A stretch of 64,000 nucleotides of DNA. Origin: Octopus vulgaris. Its lineage: Eukaryota. This document shows, piece after piece, positions 28,571-43,945 of this stretch. Position numbers and translations under genes: made by a program. Location: NCBI GenBank assembly GCA_951406725.2, contig OX597814.1, positions 113,708,001 through 113,772,000 of the forward strand. The letters run 5' to 3'. The notes under the pieces were generated by a model. The model was not told the DNA's origin. It did no database searches and saw only the letters and a program-made list of their open reading frames with translations. Each line of letters begins with the position of its first letter. The first letter of the stretch is position 1.

Positions 28571-28599
28571 ATTATTGTTATTATTATTATTATATTATG

Positions 28600-28641
<42 letters not shown>

Positions 28642-28660
28642 GTTGTTGTTGTTGTTGTTG

Positions 28661-28696
<36 letters not shown>

Positions 28697-28704
28697 GTTA
28701 TTGC

Positions 28705-28770
<66 letters not shown>

Positions 28771-28774
<4 letters not shown>

Positions 28775-29882
28775 TAGTTTTATTTTTATAGCGTGCTTTC
28801 ACTTCACTACCGAGCGCAGCTCTGTGTGCCTTGGGTATGTGCTGTGATTTGTTGTGATGCTCTGATGGTTATTGTATGGAAAGTGTTCTGTGTAGGATGT
28901 GTGCAGTGCCTAGTAGTGCAATTTTCTGTATGTTATATGTGTTTGTAAGTCCTGGTGTTTTTGTTATGTATTTGTCTGAATATTTTTTTATCATGCCTAA
29001 TGCACCTACTTTGATAGGAATTGTTTCTGTTTTCAGGTTCCACATTCTAGTTATCTCTATTTGCAGGTTTTTGTATTTTGAGAGTTTCTCCATTTCTTTT
29101 AGAGATACGTTGTCATCTGCCGGTATTGATACATCAATTAGAAAGCATTTTTTTTCTTCATGATCTCTGACAACTATATCTGGTCTGTTGGCCTTAATTT
29201 CTCTATCTGTGTGTATCGGCATATCCCAGAGTATGGTTGCTTTCTCGTTTTCTGTGACCTTTTCTGGTGTGTGCCTATACCATCTTTTTTCTGTTGTTAT
29301 TCCATAATGTTGGCATAGCTTCCAATGTATGTAGGTTCCAACTCTGTCATGTCTGTGAATATATTCCTTCTTAGCTAGGACTGGGCAGCTAGAGATAATA
29401 TGATTTATTGTTTCTTGTCCATCTCCACATATTCTGCAGTTACTTGTAATATTTCTTTTCATTACATGTTTTTGGTAATTTCTGGTGGGGAGGCTTTGGT
29501 CTTGTGCTGCAATTAAAAATCCCTCTGTTTCTGCTTTGAGTCCTGAGCTTCTCAACCATTGCTGGGATTTTTCTTTGTCTATTTCTTTTGCGTTTAGTTT
29601 AGTGCAGTATTTACCATGAAGGGGCTTTTCTTGCCATCGTTTTATCATGGCTCGTTGCTGTTCTATTTTTAGTTTGGATTTCACCCATTTTTTATAGCTT
29701 TTGTTGTTTCTTCATCATCTTCTTCTTCTTCTTTGTGTTTATTAGGTGGTATGATTTCTTGTTTGTATTTGTCAGCTTCCTTAAATACTGAGAACAGTTT
29801 TTTGTTTTGCTCGTGTTTTGCTGCTATCTGGATCAGTTTTCCTTCCTTCTGAAGTAGGTATTTTTGCAGTCCTATGGTGGTT
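28771..29882 (-). mobile_element. 5'-truncated R4/Dong-clade LINE with intact C-terminal RLE domain (ORF piece 28869-29684) and 3' UTR, embedded in (TAA)n
   Basis: CCHC finger, RHD, NRPDIVV...IDVSIP...EKLSKY...IPIKVGALG; ~100-bp 3' UTR; (TAA)n on both flanks. Nearly identical to 16513-17075. Confidence 0.92.
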
Positions 29883-29898
29883 ATTATTATTATTGGTG

Positions 29899-29936
<38 letters not shown>

Positions 29937-30371
29937 GGCAGTGAGCTGGCAGAATCATTAGCACGTTGGGCGAAATACTTAGCGATATTCCTCCCGTCGC
30001 TACGTTCTGAGTTCAAATTCCGCCGAGATCGACTTTGCCTTTCATTCTCTCGGGGGTTCACAATCTAAGTACCAGTTGAATACTGAGGTCGATATAATCG
30101 ACTTGCTCCTCACCCGAAATTGCTGGCCTTGTGTCAAAATCTGAAACCAACATTTTGGTAACTAATTTGCTTTATTCGTCAAGTAACAAGAAAAGCAACC
30201 GAGCATTGAAAGTAGAGGCCATCGTGCTGCACCGTCTGAAGCCAACTTTCGACCAGTTCTTTGATTCCATGCTGATACCGGTTCTTCTCCGTCAAGGCAA
30301 AGAATTACTTCACTGAAGCTTCCAACTCCTCCGATTGATAAAGCGTCGCGAGCGAAGGGAGTGAGCCATGG

Positions 30372-30459
<88 letters not shown>

Positions 30460-30464
30460 GTCTA

Positions 30465-30507
<43 letters not shown>

Positions 30508-30582
30508 GATTGTCTGTCTGTCTGATTGCCTATCTGTCTGTCTGTCTGTCTGTCTACTTATCTGTCTGTCATAATCTTTCTT

Positions 30583-30711
<129 letters not shown>

Positions 30712-32546
30712 GTCTATCTATCTATCTATCTATCTGCCTGTCTATCTGTCTACTTATCATCTATCTGTCTGTCATCACCATTCATCATCATTACCACCAT
30801 CATACCACCACTACCACCGCCACAATCATCGTCATCGTTATCATTATCGTATCATTATCATCATCATCATCATAGTCATCGTCTTTATCATCATCATCAT
30901 CACTCATCATTATCACCACCACCACCACCACCCTCAGCATAGTTGTCGTTATTGTCATCATTATCACCATCATCATCATCATAGTCATCATTATCATGAA
31001 CGTATCATCCTCATATCATTATCATTACCGTCATCATAATCATCATCATCATCGTCGTCGTCGTCATCATCGCTTCGTTATTTTTATGTCCATTTCTTAT
31101 CTATTTGTGTCTGCTTCTTGTTCAAGCGCCTGGTTTTGTCCAAGGGACACCTGACCTGTCTCTTCAGTCTCCATCTTCTGACGCTGTCTGGCAATAAGAT
31201 GTGTCAGTTGTAGTTTGTCCAGCCTCCCTAAGCCTTTACTAAGACCTCTCGCCTGGCCACTGCCGTCTGGTCAGAATGGCGGCAAACCAAACAGCTGACG
31301 GTCCACACGCCATCGTTTCTTTTGCGGCTGGAACGCAAAACATTAACGACAACTGACTAATGGTTTCGATCACCACCACTACTACCACTTCCACTTACCA
31401 CCACTTCCACTTACCACCACTGCCACCACCACCACCACTGCCACCACCACCACTACCTCTACCACCATCACCGCCACCACCAACATGATCATTAGCATCA
31501 TCACCACCATCACCGTCACCCCATCGCCAGCACTAGAATGAGCACCACTGCTGCCACCATCACCACCACTATCATCACCACAATTGCCACTAGCACAACT
31601 ACCATCACGATCACCAGCACCGCCATCACCAGCACCACCATCATTGACACCACCACCACTACCACCGTCAAGGTAAAGTGGATCTGAATGGGATTTGAAC
31701 TCTCAATATAAAATAGAGATAACTAAATATTACAAAGCATTTTGTTCGACGCGCGATCTCAGTACGTCAGTGCAGGTAAAGATATAGGCGCGACTTGAGT
31801 TTATAGGTGCAGGCGCGGCTGTATGGTAAGAAGCTTGCTTCCTCACCACATGGTTCCGGGTTGCGTCCCACTGCGTGGCACTTTGGGCAAGGGTCTTTTA
31901 TTACAGCCTTGTGAGTGGATTTAGTAGACGGAAACTGAAAGAATCCCATTGTATCTATGTGTGTGTGTGTGTTTGTTTCCCCTCGAACGTTTGACAGCCG
32001 ATGTTGGTTTGCCTCCTTCCAACCCGCCCCATAACTTAGCGGTTCGGCAAAGATACCGATAAAATAAGAATCAGTCTTAAAAACAAAACAAAAAAAAACC
32101 AAAAAAAAAAAAAAACCAAAGACAAACAAATCTAAGCACAGGGTGTCGATTCATTCGACAAAACTATTCTTCATGGCGGTGCCCCAGCTTGGCCGCAGTC
32201 TAATGACTCTAACAAGCAAAAGCTAAAAGACACACGCACACACACATACATGCGTTCACCCCATTACCAAAGCTTTGATCTATTATTATCTCTGGCAGTT
32301 ATGGGCCCCAAGTTTCTAATCCTTACATTTGCCCTTTAACCCCGCATCCTTAATATCTTTCACACTTATTTCTCTCCAGCCTCACACTTCATCCACTTAT
32401 TTGTTTGTTTGTTTGCCTTTTTCCTGTGGTTTTGTTTATCAAAATATATTCGCTCAAAATTGCTTTCTTTCCTTATCTTTTCCTTCTCTCGTTCTTTCTG
32501 TCTGTGTTTGTGTGTCTCTCTGCCTGCTTGTCTATCTCTCGGTCAG

Positions 32547-32577
<31 letters not shown>

Positions 32578-32606
32578 TTGTCTCTTCCTTTCTTTCTTTC
32601 TTTTTT

Positions 32607-32674
<68 letters not shown>

Positions 32675-32902
32675 TTTGTCTCTTCCTTTCATCTATCCTT
32701 TTGCTCTTTCCTTCCTTCCTTCCCTTTTTCCTTCCTTCCCTTTTCCATTTTGCTCTTACTTTCCTTCCTTCTTTCCTTTGCTCTTTCTTTCTTTTTCTTT
32801 TGCTCTTTCTTTCTTTTCTTTCTTTCTTTTCTTCCTTCATTCCTTCGTTCATTCCTTCCTTTTGCTCTTCCTTTCTTTCCTTCTTTCTTTCTTACTTCCT
32901 TC

Positions 32903-32956
<54 letters not shown>

Positions 32957-33473
32957 CACTTTCCTTCTTTCATCTCCTCTCCCTTTCTTCCTCATTCTTG
33001 CTTTTCCCCCGTTCTTCCTTCACTTTCATTCATTATTCTTAACCTTTCTCCGCTTCATTCTTCCTCTTTCTCTCCCCCTTTCTTTCCCTCTGTCTCTCCT
33101 TCCCTCAATGACGCCATACTCGTCTTTTCTTTCCTCCTCTGTTCTTAACCCCTTAAGACCTAAATTTGCATCTACTTAACAGTTCTTCAGAGAGACCCTC
33201 TACCAAGTCATTCGACATCCTAAAAATAGCAGCCGAATATCTTTACAACCACATTCTACCATTACAGAAACATTTAATGGATAATGTATGTCACAGATAA
33301 TCGTAAAATAGTGCCGATGATCATGGATGGAATGCTTTTTTCAAAAAAGAGATATAAGATCTACTCCATAAGTGTTGATCTGAATCTTAGTAAAAACAAC
33401 AAAGCCACAACAAGGCCACCACCACCACTACCATCACCACCACTACCATCACCACCACTACCACCAATAACAG

Positions 33474-33510
<37 letters not shown>

Positions 33511-33645
33511 CACTACCAACACCGCCACCACCACCACTCCCTTCATCATGACCAACACAAGAACAACCACTACCACTACTACCGCCACTACCACCGTCAT
33601 ACACCACCACCACCACCACCACCACCACAACAACAACTACCACCA

Positions 33646-33679
<34 letters not shown>

Positions 33680-33978
33680 CTTGACAGTTCTCATTTGCTG
33701 ACCCAACTCTTACTTCTCTTTTTCTCTTCATCCACCACAATATTTCCTCTACGTACTTTCATCCCCTCTGTCAACATTCCCACCTTCTATTCCTCCATTT
33801 CGTTTCTACTCTTCCTTCCTGTTTACCCGCTTTTCTTCTTGTTCCCTCTCTCTTTCTTTCTTCATTTTACTTCTCTTTCTCTCACACTTCAACTAAAAAA
33901 AAATCCTTTACTCTTTTGCTCTTATCTAATCTCTGTTTACTAAGAAACGTGTTGAACTGTAATTTCTGGATATACACA

Positions 33979-34011
<33 letters not shown>

Positions 34012-34014
34012 GCA

Positions 34015-34057
<43 letters not shown>

Positions 34058-34082
34058 CAGACATGCACACATATATATTTAA

Positions 34083-35543
<1,461 letters not shown>

Positions 35544-35859
35544 TAGATATATATACCCACACACATACAAAGATAAATTAATAGATACAACTGAGTGGGC
35601 AAACAAAAATATGAGACAGAGCCTAGTGCTTTTTTTATGTTGATAAGCCTGGTACTTAGCCTGGTACATATTCTATTAGTTTGTTCTTGTGAAACCAGTA
35701 AGCTATGTTGATGTAAATAAATGAACACCAGTTGTGAAGCAGTGATGAGGGCGAAACACAGACACAAAAACACACACATACACTTACATATATATACGAT
35801 TGATTTGTTTCAGTTCCTGTCTACGAAATCCATATATATTGAAATTGTGCATAAAATAA

Positions 35860-38505
35860 TCTAGTCCGGCTTTTACATTTCATGTCCTAATGCATCTCCT
35901 GCTGTGGCTGTGTAGTCCTATCCTGGACAAACTCTCCGCAAATGTAGCGAAGACTTTGCCTGGCTGGTTGTAATGTCAGTTTCTTGTTGACGTCTTTTCT
36001 TGTCTTACCATTTCTCCTCTCTTTCTATGTCACTCCTTTGTGTTCCCTCTTTTACGGTACGTCGCCAATCTCCACGGTTGCTGGCAACTGCTTCCCGGTT
36101 GGTAATATTGATGTTGCAGGCATTCATGTTCCTTTTGCAAACATTCTTGTATCGTAAGAACGGTCTTCCCACAGACCTAGTGCCCCTAGCAAGCTCTCGT
36201 TGAGTATGTCCATGGGAATTCTGCCATCTTCCATACGGCTAACATGTCCAAGCCATCTCATACATCTTTGTGTGAGGAGTGCAAACATGCTTGGTATTCC
36301 TGCTTGCTTATCTTTGTTGGGGACATGATTCTGCCATTTGATACGAAGGATTTTCCGGAGGCAGCGCAGGTGAAAGATATTTAGGCGACGCTCTTGGCGT
36401 GTGTATGGCGTCCAAGTCTCACTTCCATACAGTAGAGTGCTAAGTACACATGCCTGGTAAATCTTCATTTTTGTGGTTTTGGTCAGCTTATTGTTGTTCC
36501 ATGCCCGTTTGGAGAGTTCGGCCATCACAGCAGCTGCCTTGCCAATGCGTATATTGAGCTCAGCACCAAGGGATAGGTTGTAGGTAACGGTAGACCCAAG
36601 ATAGGTAAACTTCTCCACCTCCTGTAGTCTGTGGTCTCCAATATGTATGTTTGGGATGTCCTATGTAGCCTGACCCATGATGTTGGTCTTCTTGAGGCTG
36701 ATAACTAAGCCAAAGTTGCCACATGCTTGCTCAAAACAGTTGATGAGCCTTTGTAGGGCTTCGTCTGTGTGTGATACCAGAGCGGCATCATCGGCAAATA
36801 GCATCTCCTTGATCAGGACACTTCTGATTTTGGTCTTGGCAAGCAGACTCGAGAGATTGAACAGTTTCCCATCACTTCTTCCGTGCAGAAACACTCCATC
36901 ATCTGATGTCTCAAAGGCATGTGACAGCAACAGCGAAAAGATGCCAAATAATGTAGGAGCAAGGACACAACCTTGCTTTACCCCATTTTTTATTTGGAAG
37001 GCGGCTGATGTTGAACCATTGTGCTGTATATTGCCTTGCATATCATCATGGAAAGATTTGATGATCCTCAGCAGCTTTGGTGGACATCCGATTTTTTGGA
37101 GCAGGATGAAAAGGCCGTTTCTACTTACCAAGTCAAAGGCCTTTGTCCGATCAATGAAGGCCATATATAACGGCATTTTCTGCTCTCTGGACTTCTTCTG
37201 AAGTTGGCGTATGGAGAATATTATGTCAATAGTTGATCTGCTTCTTCTAAAGCCACACTGCGATTCTGGATAAATTCGAGAAGCAAGCAGTTGTAGCCTG
37301 GACAGGATAATGTGAGCAAAGGCCTTTCCAACAGTGCTTAGAAGAGATATTCCACGGTAATTGTTACAATCACCACGGTCACCTTTGTTTTTGTAAAGCG
37401 TAATGATGTTAGCATCCCGCATATCTTGAGGGACTGTATCCTCTTCCCAGCACTGACACAGACGCTCTTGAAGGTGCCGAAGCAGGATGGTGTTTTTGCC
37501 GGTTTTGATGATCTCTAAGGGGATGCCGTCTTTTCCCAGAGCCTTGTTACTTGCTAGAGTGTCAATTACCTTGGTGAGCTCTGCTATAGATGGCAGACTG
37601 TCAAGTTCCTACATGACTGGCATGATCTTGACACCCTCAATTGCAGCCTCAGCTACCGTGGACCCCGTGAGTAGAGATCTTGGTAGTACTCCACCCATCT
37701 ATCCATTTGCTTGCTTTGGTCCTTGATGAGATCTCCAGTAGTTGATTTTAGAGGGGCTGACTTGGTTGCGGATGGACCGAGGGCCTTCTTCAAACCAGCA
37801 TACATCCCATGGGTGTCGCCACTGTCAGCAGCTGATTGGATACTCTGACAGATTTCCTGCCAATACCTATTTGCACAGCGTCTGGAAGTCAGTTGGGTTT
37901 TATTTCTTGTCTTTCTGAGTTCTTAGAGTATCTTTGTAGAAGAATCACTCTTGTATTGCATCAGAGCTGTAAACTTTTCTTCGATAACTGTTTCCGGCTC
38001 TGAGAGTCCAGCACTGAACAAAATCTGGGTTTTGCCTTTCTTTCATGCCGAAAGTATCTATTGATGTAGTATACAAAGCTTCCCTGATATAATTCCACCT
38101 ACTTTCAGCAGAGGAGGTTGGGCAGCTACTGAGGGCAACCTTGATAGAAACAGCAAAACATTGTCGCAGTGTAGGGTCCAAGGCTCTGGCAGTGTTAATG
38201 CGTGGACGGCCCATTTTCTTGGAGTGATGAACTTTTTAGGCAGAATCCTCACCCTGCTTCTTATTAGTGAATAATCTGTGTCATAATTCACGCTGTGGTA
38301 ACTACGTGTCAGTTGAGCAGAATTCAGAAAGGATCTTCGTGTAATGATGAGATCCAGCTGATGCCAGTGGTGAGATCTTGGATATCTCCAAGATGCCTTG
38401 TGGGATGTCTTGTCGGCAAAGAATGTGTTGGTGATGCACAGGTTATGGTATGTGCAAAATTCAAGTAGTCTCTGACCATTGTCATTCATGTTCCCAATAC
38501 CAAAA
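35860..38505 (-). pseudogene. Degenerate RTE-clade (BovB-like) LINE: APE endonuclease C-terminus + RT
   Basis: NDNGQRLLEFC...ITNTFF; WHQLDLII; YKNKGDRGDCNNYRGISLLS; PESQCGFR; KAFDLV; GVKQGCVLAPTLF; LFADDAAL; FTYLGS; LLYGSETW. Contains stops and frameshifts. Confidence 0.92.
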
Positions 38506-38661
38506 CACAAAACCAAGTTTGTTACCACACAACCACACCTGCACCTGTGTATGTGTATGTGTGTGTGTGTGGAGGGTGGATCGGTGTGTATGTATGTGTA
38601 TATAGGTGTATATATGTATGCATGCATATATATGTGTATATATATGTGTACATATTACATG

Positions 38662-38709
<48 letters not shown>

Positions 38710-38714
<5 letters not shown>

Positions 38715-39360
38715 GTAGTAATGGTGACCTATTTGGCTGCTATTTCTAATATTTTCGGTATGTGGTTTTGAGCAACTTGTTGCAATTAACCCTTTATTAT
38801 AATTATATATAATCCTTACCGAATATGGTCATTTCCATATTTAGGTGAAATTTATTAATTTTATTAAATTAATTATGTTTCACCCTTTATGTGTATTAAA
38901 TACTATTACTCCCATACAATGAATCTGCAAAACTTTGTTTCGGTGGTACTGTTTTTGTAACTCACGTGGTAAAATTTTGGAGGGAGATACGAATTCGCCT
39001 GTCCATATAAATGTGGAGATGCTGGCAGACCGTTATATCGTTCGATGTCGCCTGGTCGAGTTGATGTAATGGGTAAGTTTTTTCCTAGCATTTCTAGATT
39101 TATAGGAAATATTATGTTGATAAGGAAATGAACTTTCGATTCTAATCCAGAAACGAATTCGTCCATAATTAATCCAAGTAGGCTGGGATTTCGTTATCTT
39201 CTTTCTCTTTACCATATACGGGTTACAAATTCTGTTTGTTTGTGGAAACTTATTTTTCTAGTAGTAGTAATGGTGACCTATTTGGCTGCTATTTCTAATA
39301 TTTTCGGTACGTGGTTTTGAGCAACTTGTTGCAATTAACCCTTTATCATAATTATATATA
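38710..39360 (+). mobile_element. Non-coding HHR-bearing element: 549-bp unit plus ~100-bp terminal redundancy, flanked by (TA)n
   Basis: 38710-38811 is repeated at 39259-39360 with 2 mismatches. HHR at 39111-39169. (TA)n on both sides. Confidence 0.72.
39111..39169 (+). ncRNA. Type I hammerhead ribozyme, variant core (UUGAUAA)
   Basis: ATTATG-TTGATAA-GGA...TCC-A-GAAAC(GAATTC)GTC-CATAAT. It has a 6-bp stem I, a palindromic loop 3 and a GUC site, and is homologous to the canonical motif at 45765-45826. Confidence 0.7.
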
Positions 39361-39368
39361 TATATATA

Positions 39369-39883
39369 GTAATACACAATCTTTTCATTCACACATTGAA
39401 TTTGGTGATACTAGTTGCGGATTCTAGCTCGCTCTGATACTGAGTTGAGTTGATGCCTTCTAGTATCTTAAAGTTCAATATATAATCATTTATGATTATA
39501 GTATTCTACGCTGAAGAGAAAAGAAGTTCTTGGTAAGATAGAATTATTTAATATTTAATTCTTATGCTTTCCTAAAAACTTGATTTCGAAACGTACGTCC
39601 GTAGATAACTTAAAATTGTATGATAGATTGCCGTCAATTCATTCTCTCTTACCTGTTTGTGTCTGCCTTCCAATTGCTGTTTTTACTGAGATCTCCTTTT
39701 TAGTAGAAGAAATAGCTATAACTCTTTGACTGCTATTTCTAAATTCGGTATGTGGTAAGGCAATTCGTTGCTAAACCCTTTATTGCTTAGTATTACTTAA
39801 ATTTTCCTCGAATGAGGCTTTTACATGCCGAAGACTACTTGGTGTAATTGATAATTATTCCAAATTAATTAATTTCACCCTTC

Positions 39884-39885
<2 letters not shown>
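39369..39885 (+). mobile_element. Non-coding HHR-bearing element (~515 bp) flanked by (TA)n
   Basis: HHR at 39505-39605, hairpin at 39708-39740 and TTCGGTATGTGGT at 39744-39756. Ends TTTCACCCTTCA then (TA)n. Confidence 0.7.
39505..39605 (+). ncRNA. Type I hammerhead ribozyme with canonical core and long (~70 nt) stem II
   Basis: TCTACG-CTGAAGA-GAAA...TTTC-GAAAC(GTAC)GTC-CGTAGA. Stem II continues via AAGTT/AACTT and AGAATTA/TAATTCT. Predicted cleavage is after C39599. Confidence 0.85.
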
Positions 39886-39940
<55 letters not shown>

Positions 39941-40024
39941 GTAGACATACATGTATACATATATACATCTACATTTATACATCTAGATGTATACATCTAC
40001 ATGTATACATCTACATGTATACAT

Positions 40025-40068
<44 letters not shown>

Positions 40069-40943
40069 ATATACATACAATAGAGAGATGGTTTTCTTTC
40101 ACTTTTAACACGTAATACTGAAATAGTGTAGAAGATGTGGTATTGCTGTGGGCTCGCCCTAGGCAAGAAGTTTTAAAAATTTTTTGCCCATGACACTCCT
40201 TGGACTCTAAGTAAGGCATGTGTAAAATTTGAATGAAATTGGTTGTGTAGTTCTCAAGTTTTAGGGATTCACACAGACACACATTCTCAGTTTTATAGAG
40301 AGAGATATATGTATACATATGTATCATATACATATGTATACATACATATATATACATATATATGTATATAATTTATAAATATATATGTATATATATAATG
40401 TATATGTATACATATATTATGTGTATATATATTATATATACATATATATGATATACATATACACACATATATATATATAAATATATACATATGTATTCAT
40501 ATATACATATACATATATTCACATGTATATACATATATACCTATACATATACATATACACAAACACATATATATACATACATGCATATACATAATATATG
40601 TATACATACATATATACGTATGTATACATATATACATATATATATGCATACATATATACATACGTATATACATGTATATATACATACATACATATATACA
40701 TATACATATATACCTACACGCACACACACATATATATATATACACATACATACGTATATAATATATATTCATTTACATACATATACATACATATATACAT
40801 ACATATATATACACATACATATATATACATATATATATACACATATATGTATACATACATGCACATATATATACATATACATGCATACATACACACACAC
40901 ATACACGCAAACATATATATATATATATGCATATCCACACAGC

Positions 40944-40991
<48 letters not shown>

Positions 40992-41380
40992 ATTGACCTT
41001 ACGTTTTATTTACACCTACAGTAACAGGTTGTGACTCGGACAAATAATGAACACACTTAAGCGCATAGACCCAAAGAAAACACACACACACACACAAACG
41101 AACAAACATGACGTTAGCTCCAATTTCTTGAAAGCTAATAATAAAAATCACTTAATGACTTTTACAGTTCCAACTTATATCTTCTGGGGCTGCGTAAATA
41201 CATTAATGGAATATATTTGTAACCTTATTTTGAGTCTGTTTTCCAAAGTTGATATTGGAAATTTTATGTGAATGTTATGAACCTTTAAAAATCAATAAAT
41301 AAAAGCGAAACCAACAACAATCTTTCAGTTTCCCACTCAAAGAAATCTCAAGAAAGCACTAAAAAAACAAAACATGAAAA

Positions 41381-41966
41381 CAAGAGCACTCAGAGAGCGC
41401 AAACCTTCGCTAGGGCAACACCAACGTCCTCTCAACCATTACCCAGAAATGCTTTATAAAATGAGAATATCTGAAATAAATTCGACTGCTCTCACAAGCG
41501 AGAATACGAAAAACGAAGCCGACTGCTCTCAAAAATTAAGTAAAATGCCGAAAAAATAATCCATAATCCTTGTCCGGTACCTAATTGATCCCAATGGTAG
41601 CTATGGAATTTAAAGGTGGCTGTAGAAAATTTAGCAACAGTAATAGATTGTTTATCCTTATCTAATACAAGTCAAAGTTAACAAATTCACCATTCAAAAT
41701 AGTTACAGTCTAAAGGGAGAAATTGAGAAAGGCTTGAAATTTAACGTAAGATCGTAATCATGTAAAGTAAATTATAACATATCCAGAATTCTTGTCTGGT
41801 ACCAGATCGATCCCAGAATCTAATCACTTTGTGCCAGTTACGAGGTCAAACAACCCTGAAAGTCTCATCCGAATCCATCCAGCGGTTCTTGAGATATCTT
41901 GTCCACGGACAAACAAACAAACACGACTAGACACAATACCCCCACCTTCGCACAGGCGGAGGTAAT
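41381..41966. mobile_element. Helentron/HINE-like non-autonomous element
   Basis: Left end CAAGAGCACTCAGAGAGCGCAAACCTTCGC; right end hairpin ACCTTCGC-ACAG-GCGGAGGT-AATAA; internal ACAAACAAAC repeat. Confidence 0.5.
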
Positions 41967-42155
41967 AAAACAAAATAACGCATCCCACATGGTTCTGTGT
42001 CTGAGGTGTAAGAACTTTGCTTTGCAACCGTATGGTCCCGGGTTCCGTCCCACGCTGCGCCAACTTGGGAACTTGAGAGAATGTCTTCTATTATGGCTGT
42101 GTGCCAAATCTGTGTCTGTAAGTGAATCTGCTCGACCGAACTGCGTGAGAATCCG

Positions 42156-42227
<72 letters not shown>

Positions 42228-42573
42228 TTGCAATTATGTTAAAAACTCTCGTATGTCCAAATTTGGCCAAATGCGTTTTTTCTTTTCAATATTTACTTTT
42301 GCTTGCAATAGCCGGTTCTTTTAGTCAAACTATCGTATCTCCAGTTGCTTCAGTTGCAAAGACATCAAAACTTGTCAAAGTGTAGAACAACAGTTTTGCT
42401 ATCGAATGGTGAATCTTTTTCGTTTTCTGAGAAAGCAACGTTTTGGACTTACGACACTTTTGCATAATAGCAACGATATATATATATAGTTCAAATTTAC
42501 AGAAAAGAAAAGACGAAGACAGGTGAGAGAACAACAAGCAGGCGACGCATATATGAACACACACACACACAAA

Positions 42574-42650
<77 letters not shown>

Positions 42651-43694
42651 CAATATATAAAGGTAAAATTCAAGGATCCAAGTGTAGGAAGTTTGTAAGC
42701 TTTAAACAGTCTGAGGCAGGTATAGAAAACAAAAACTGGACCGCGTGCAGTCAGGAAAAATAACAATTTGTTGGCGTCAGAGGTTGCACACTTGTTCCAC
42801 ATCGAAGTTACGAGGGAATTCGATGAGCTGAAAATGTCTGTATAGGTGACGGTTAACAACTAAAATTGCTATGAATGCGAATGAAAATCCAAATGGTTAA
42901 AATGGCCTAGTGGTTAGAGCAGTGGACTCGCGGTCGAGGGATCGCGGGTTCGACTCTCAGACCCGGTGATGTGTGTGTTTATGAGCGAAACACCTAAGCT
43001 CCACGCGGCTTCTCCATGGCGAACTTGTGCTGACACTTTCGCCATAACTTTCTCTCACTCTTTCCTCCAGCATCTAGCAGCTCACCTGCGACGGACCGGC
43101 GTCCCGTCCAGGTGGGGAGCCTATACGCCAGGGAAACCGAAAAACCGGCCCTTATGAGCCAGGTGTTGCTCGAGAAGGAACAAACAACAATAAATAACGG
43201 CTATAATCCAAGCTACATATGTTTCTTAGCTAGCTGATTCTCTGATGTATTAATTACTTAACAAGGGGGAATTAGCTATCCACTTCTCAGGTCGAAGATG
43301 CCTTAATTACATGAATGTTACATTGTCGTTTCGGGATCCCAAGTTGACTCATCGTAAATGTAATTTGGAATGAGCCGGTAAAAATGAATACCCCCCCCCA
43401 CACACAAATGTCTGAAAAAATTAAATGGTCAAGGAAAGGATGAGCTCAAATATTTGGGATAGGGAACCGTATGAAGTTGTTGGGAATAAAGAAAAGGAGA
43501 GGATGAAGAAAGGAGTGAGGTTGGGTTAGATGGTTGCTGACTTTAAGGGGAAAATGTTACAAAAATTAATGGGGCAACTTTGCTATGTCAGCAGTAACAA
43601 AACCCCACCTCGGTGCACTTATGGATGAGTATCTGAGTACCCCTCGTTAAAGTATAATAATTCTGCTTGTCATTACGTTGCTTAGCCCGTCGGT

Positions 43695-43720
43695 AACGCT
43701 TTCATGTGATTAGAGAAAAA

Positions 43721-43757
<37 letters not shown>

Positions 43758-43910
43758 AGTAGTGTCCATGGCGTGAGGTAGAGGGAATATAATTGTAACA
43801 CTTTTAAGTGATGAGCTGAAGGGAAAGAGAGGAGAAAGAAAAAGGAGAGAGAAAAAGAGGGTAAGGTGAAGAATGAGACAGAAAGAGGGAGAAGTAAAAG
43901 AAGGAGAGAG

Positions 43911-43945
<35 letters not shown>

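Noticed and set aside
32329-33179. Hydrophobic F/L/S-rich ORFs resembling membrane proteins
   Set aside because: Pyrimidine-rich (CTTT)n low-complexity tract open in all three frames.
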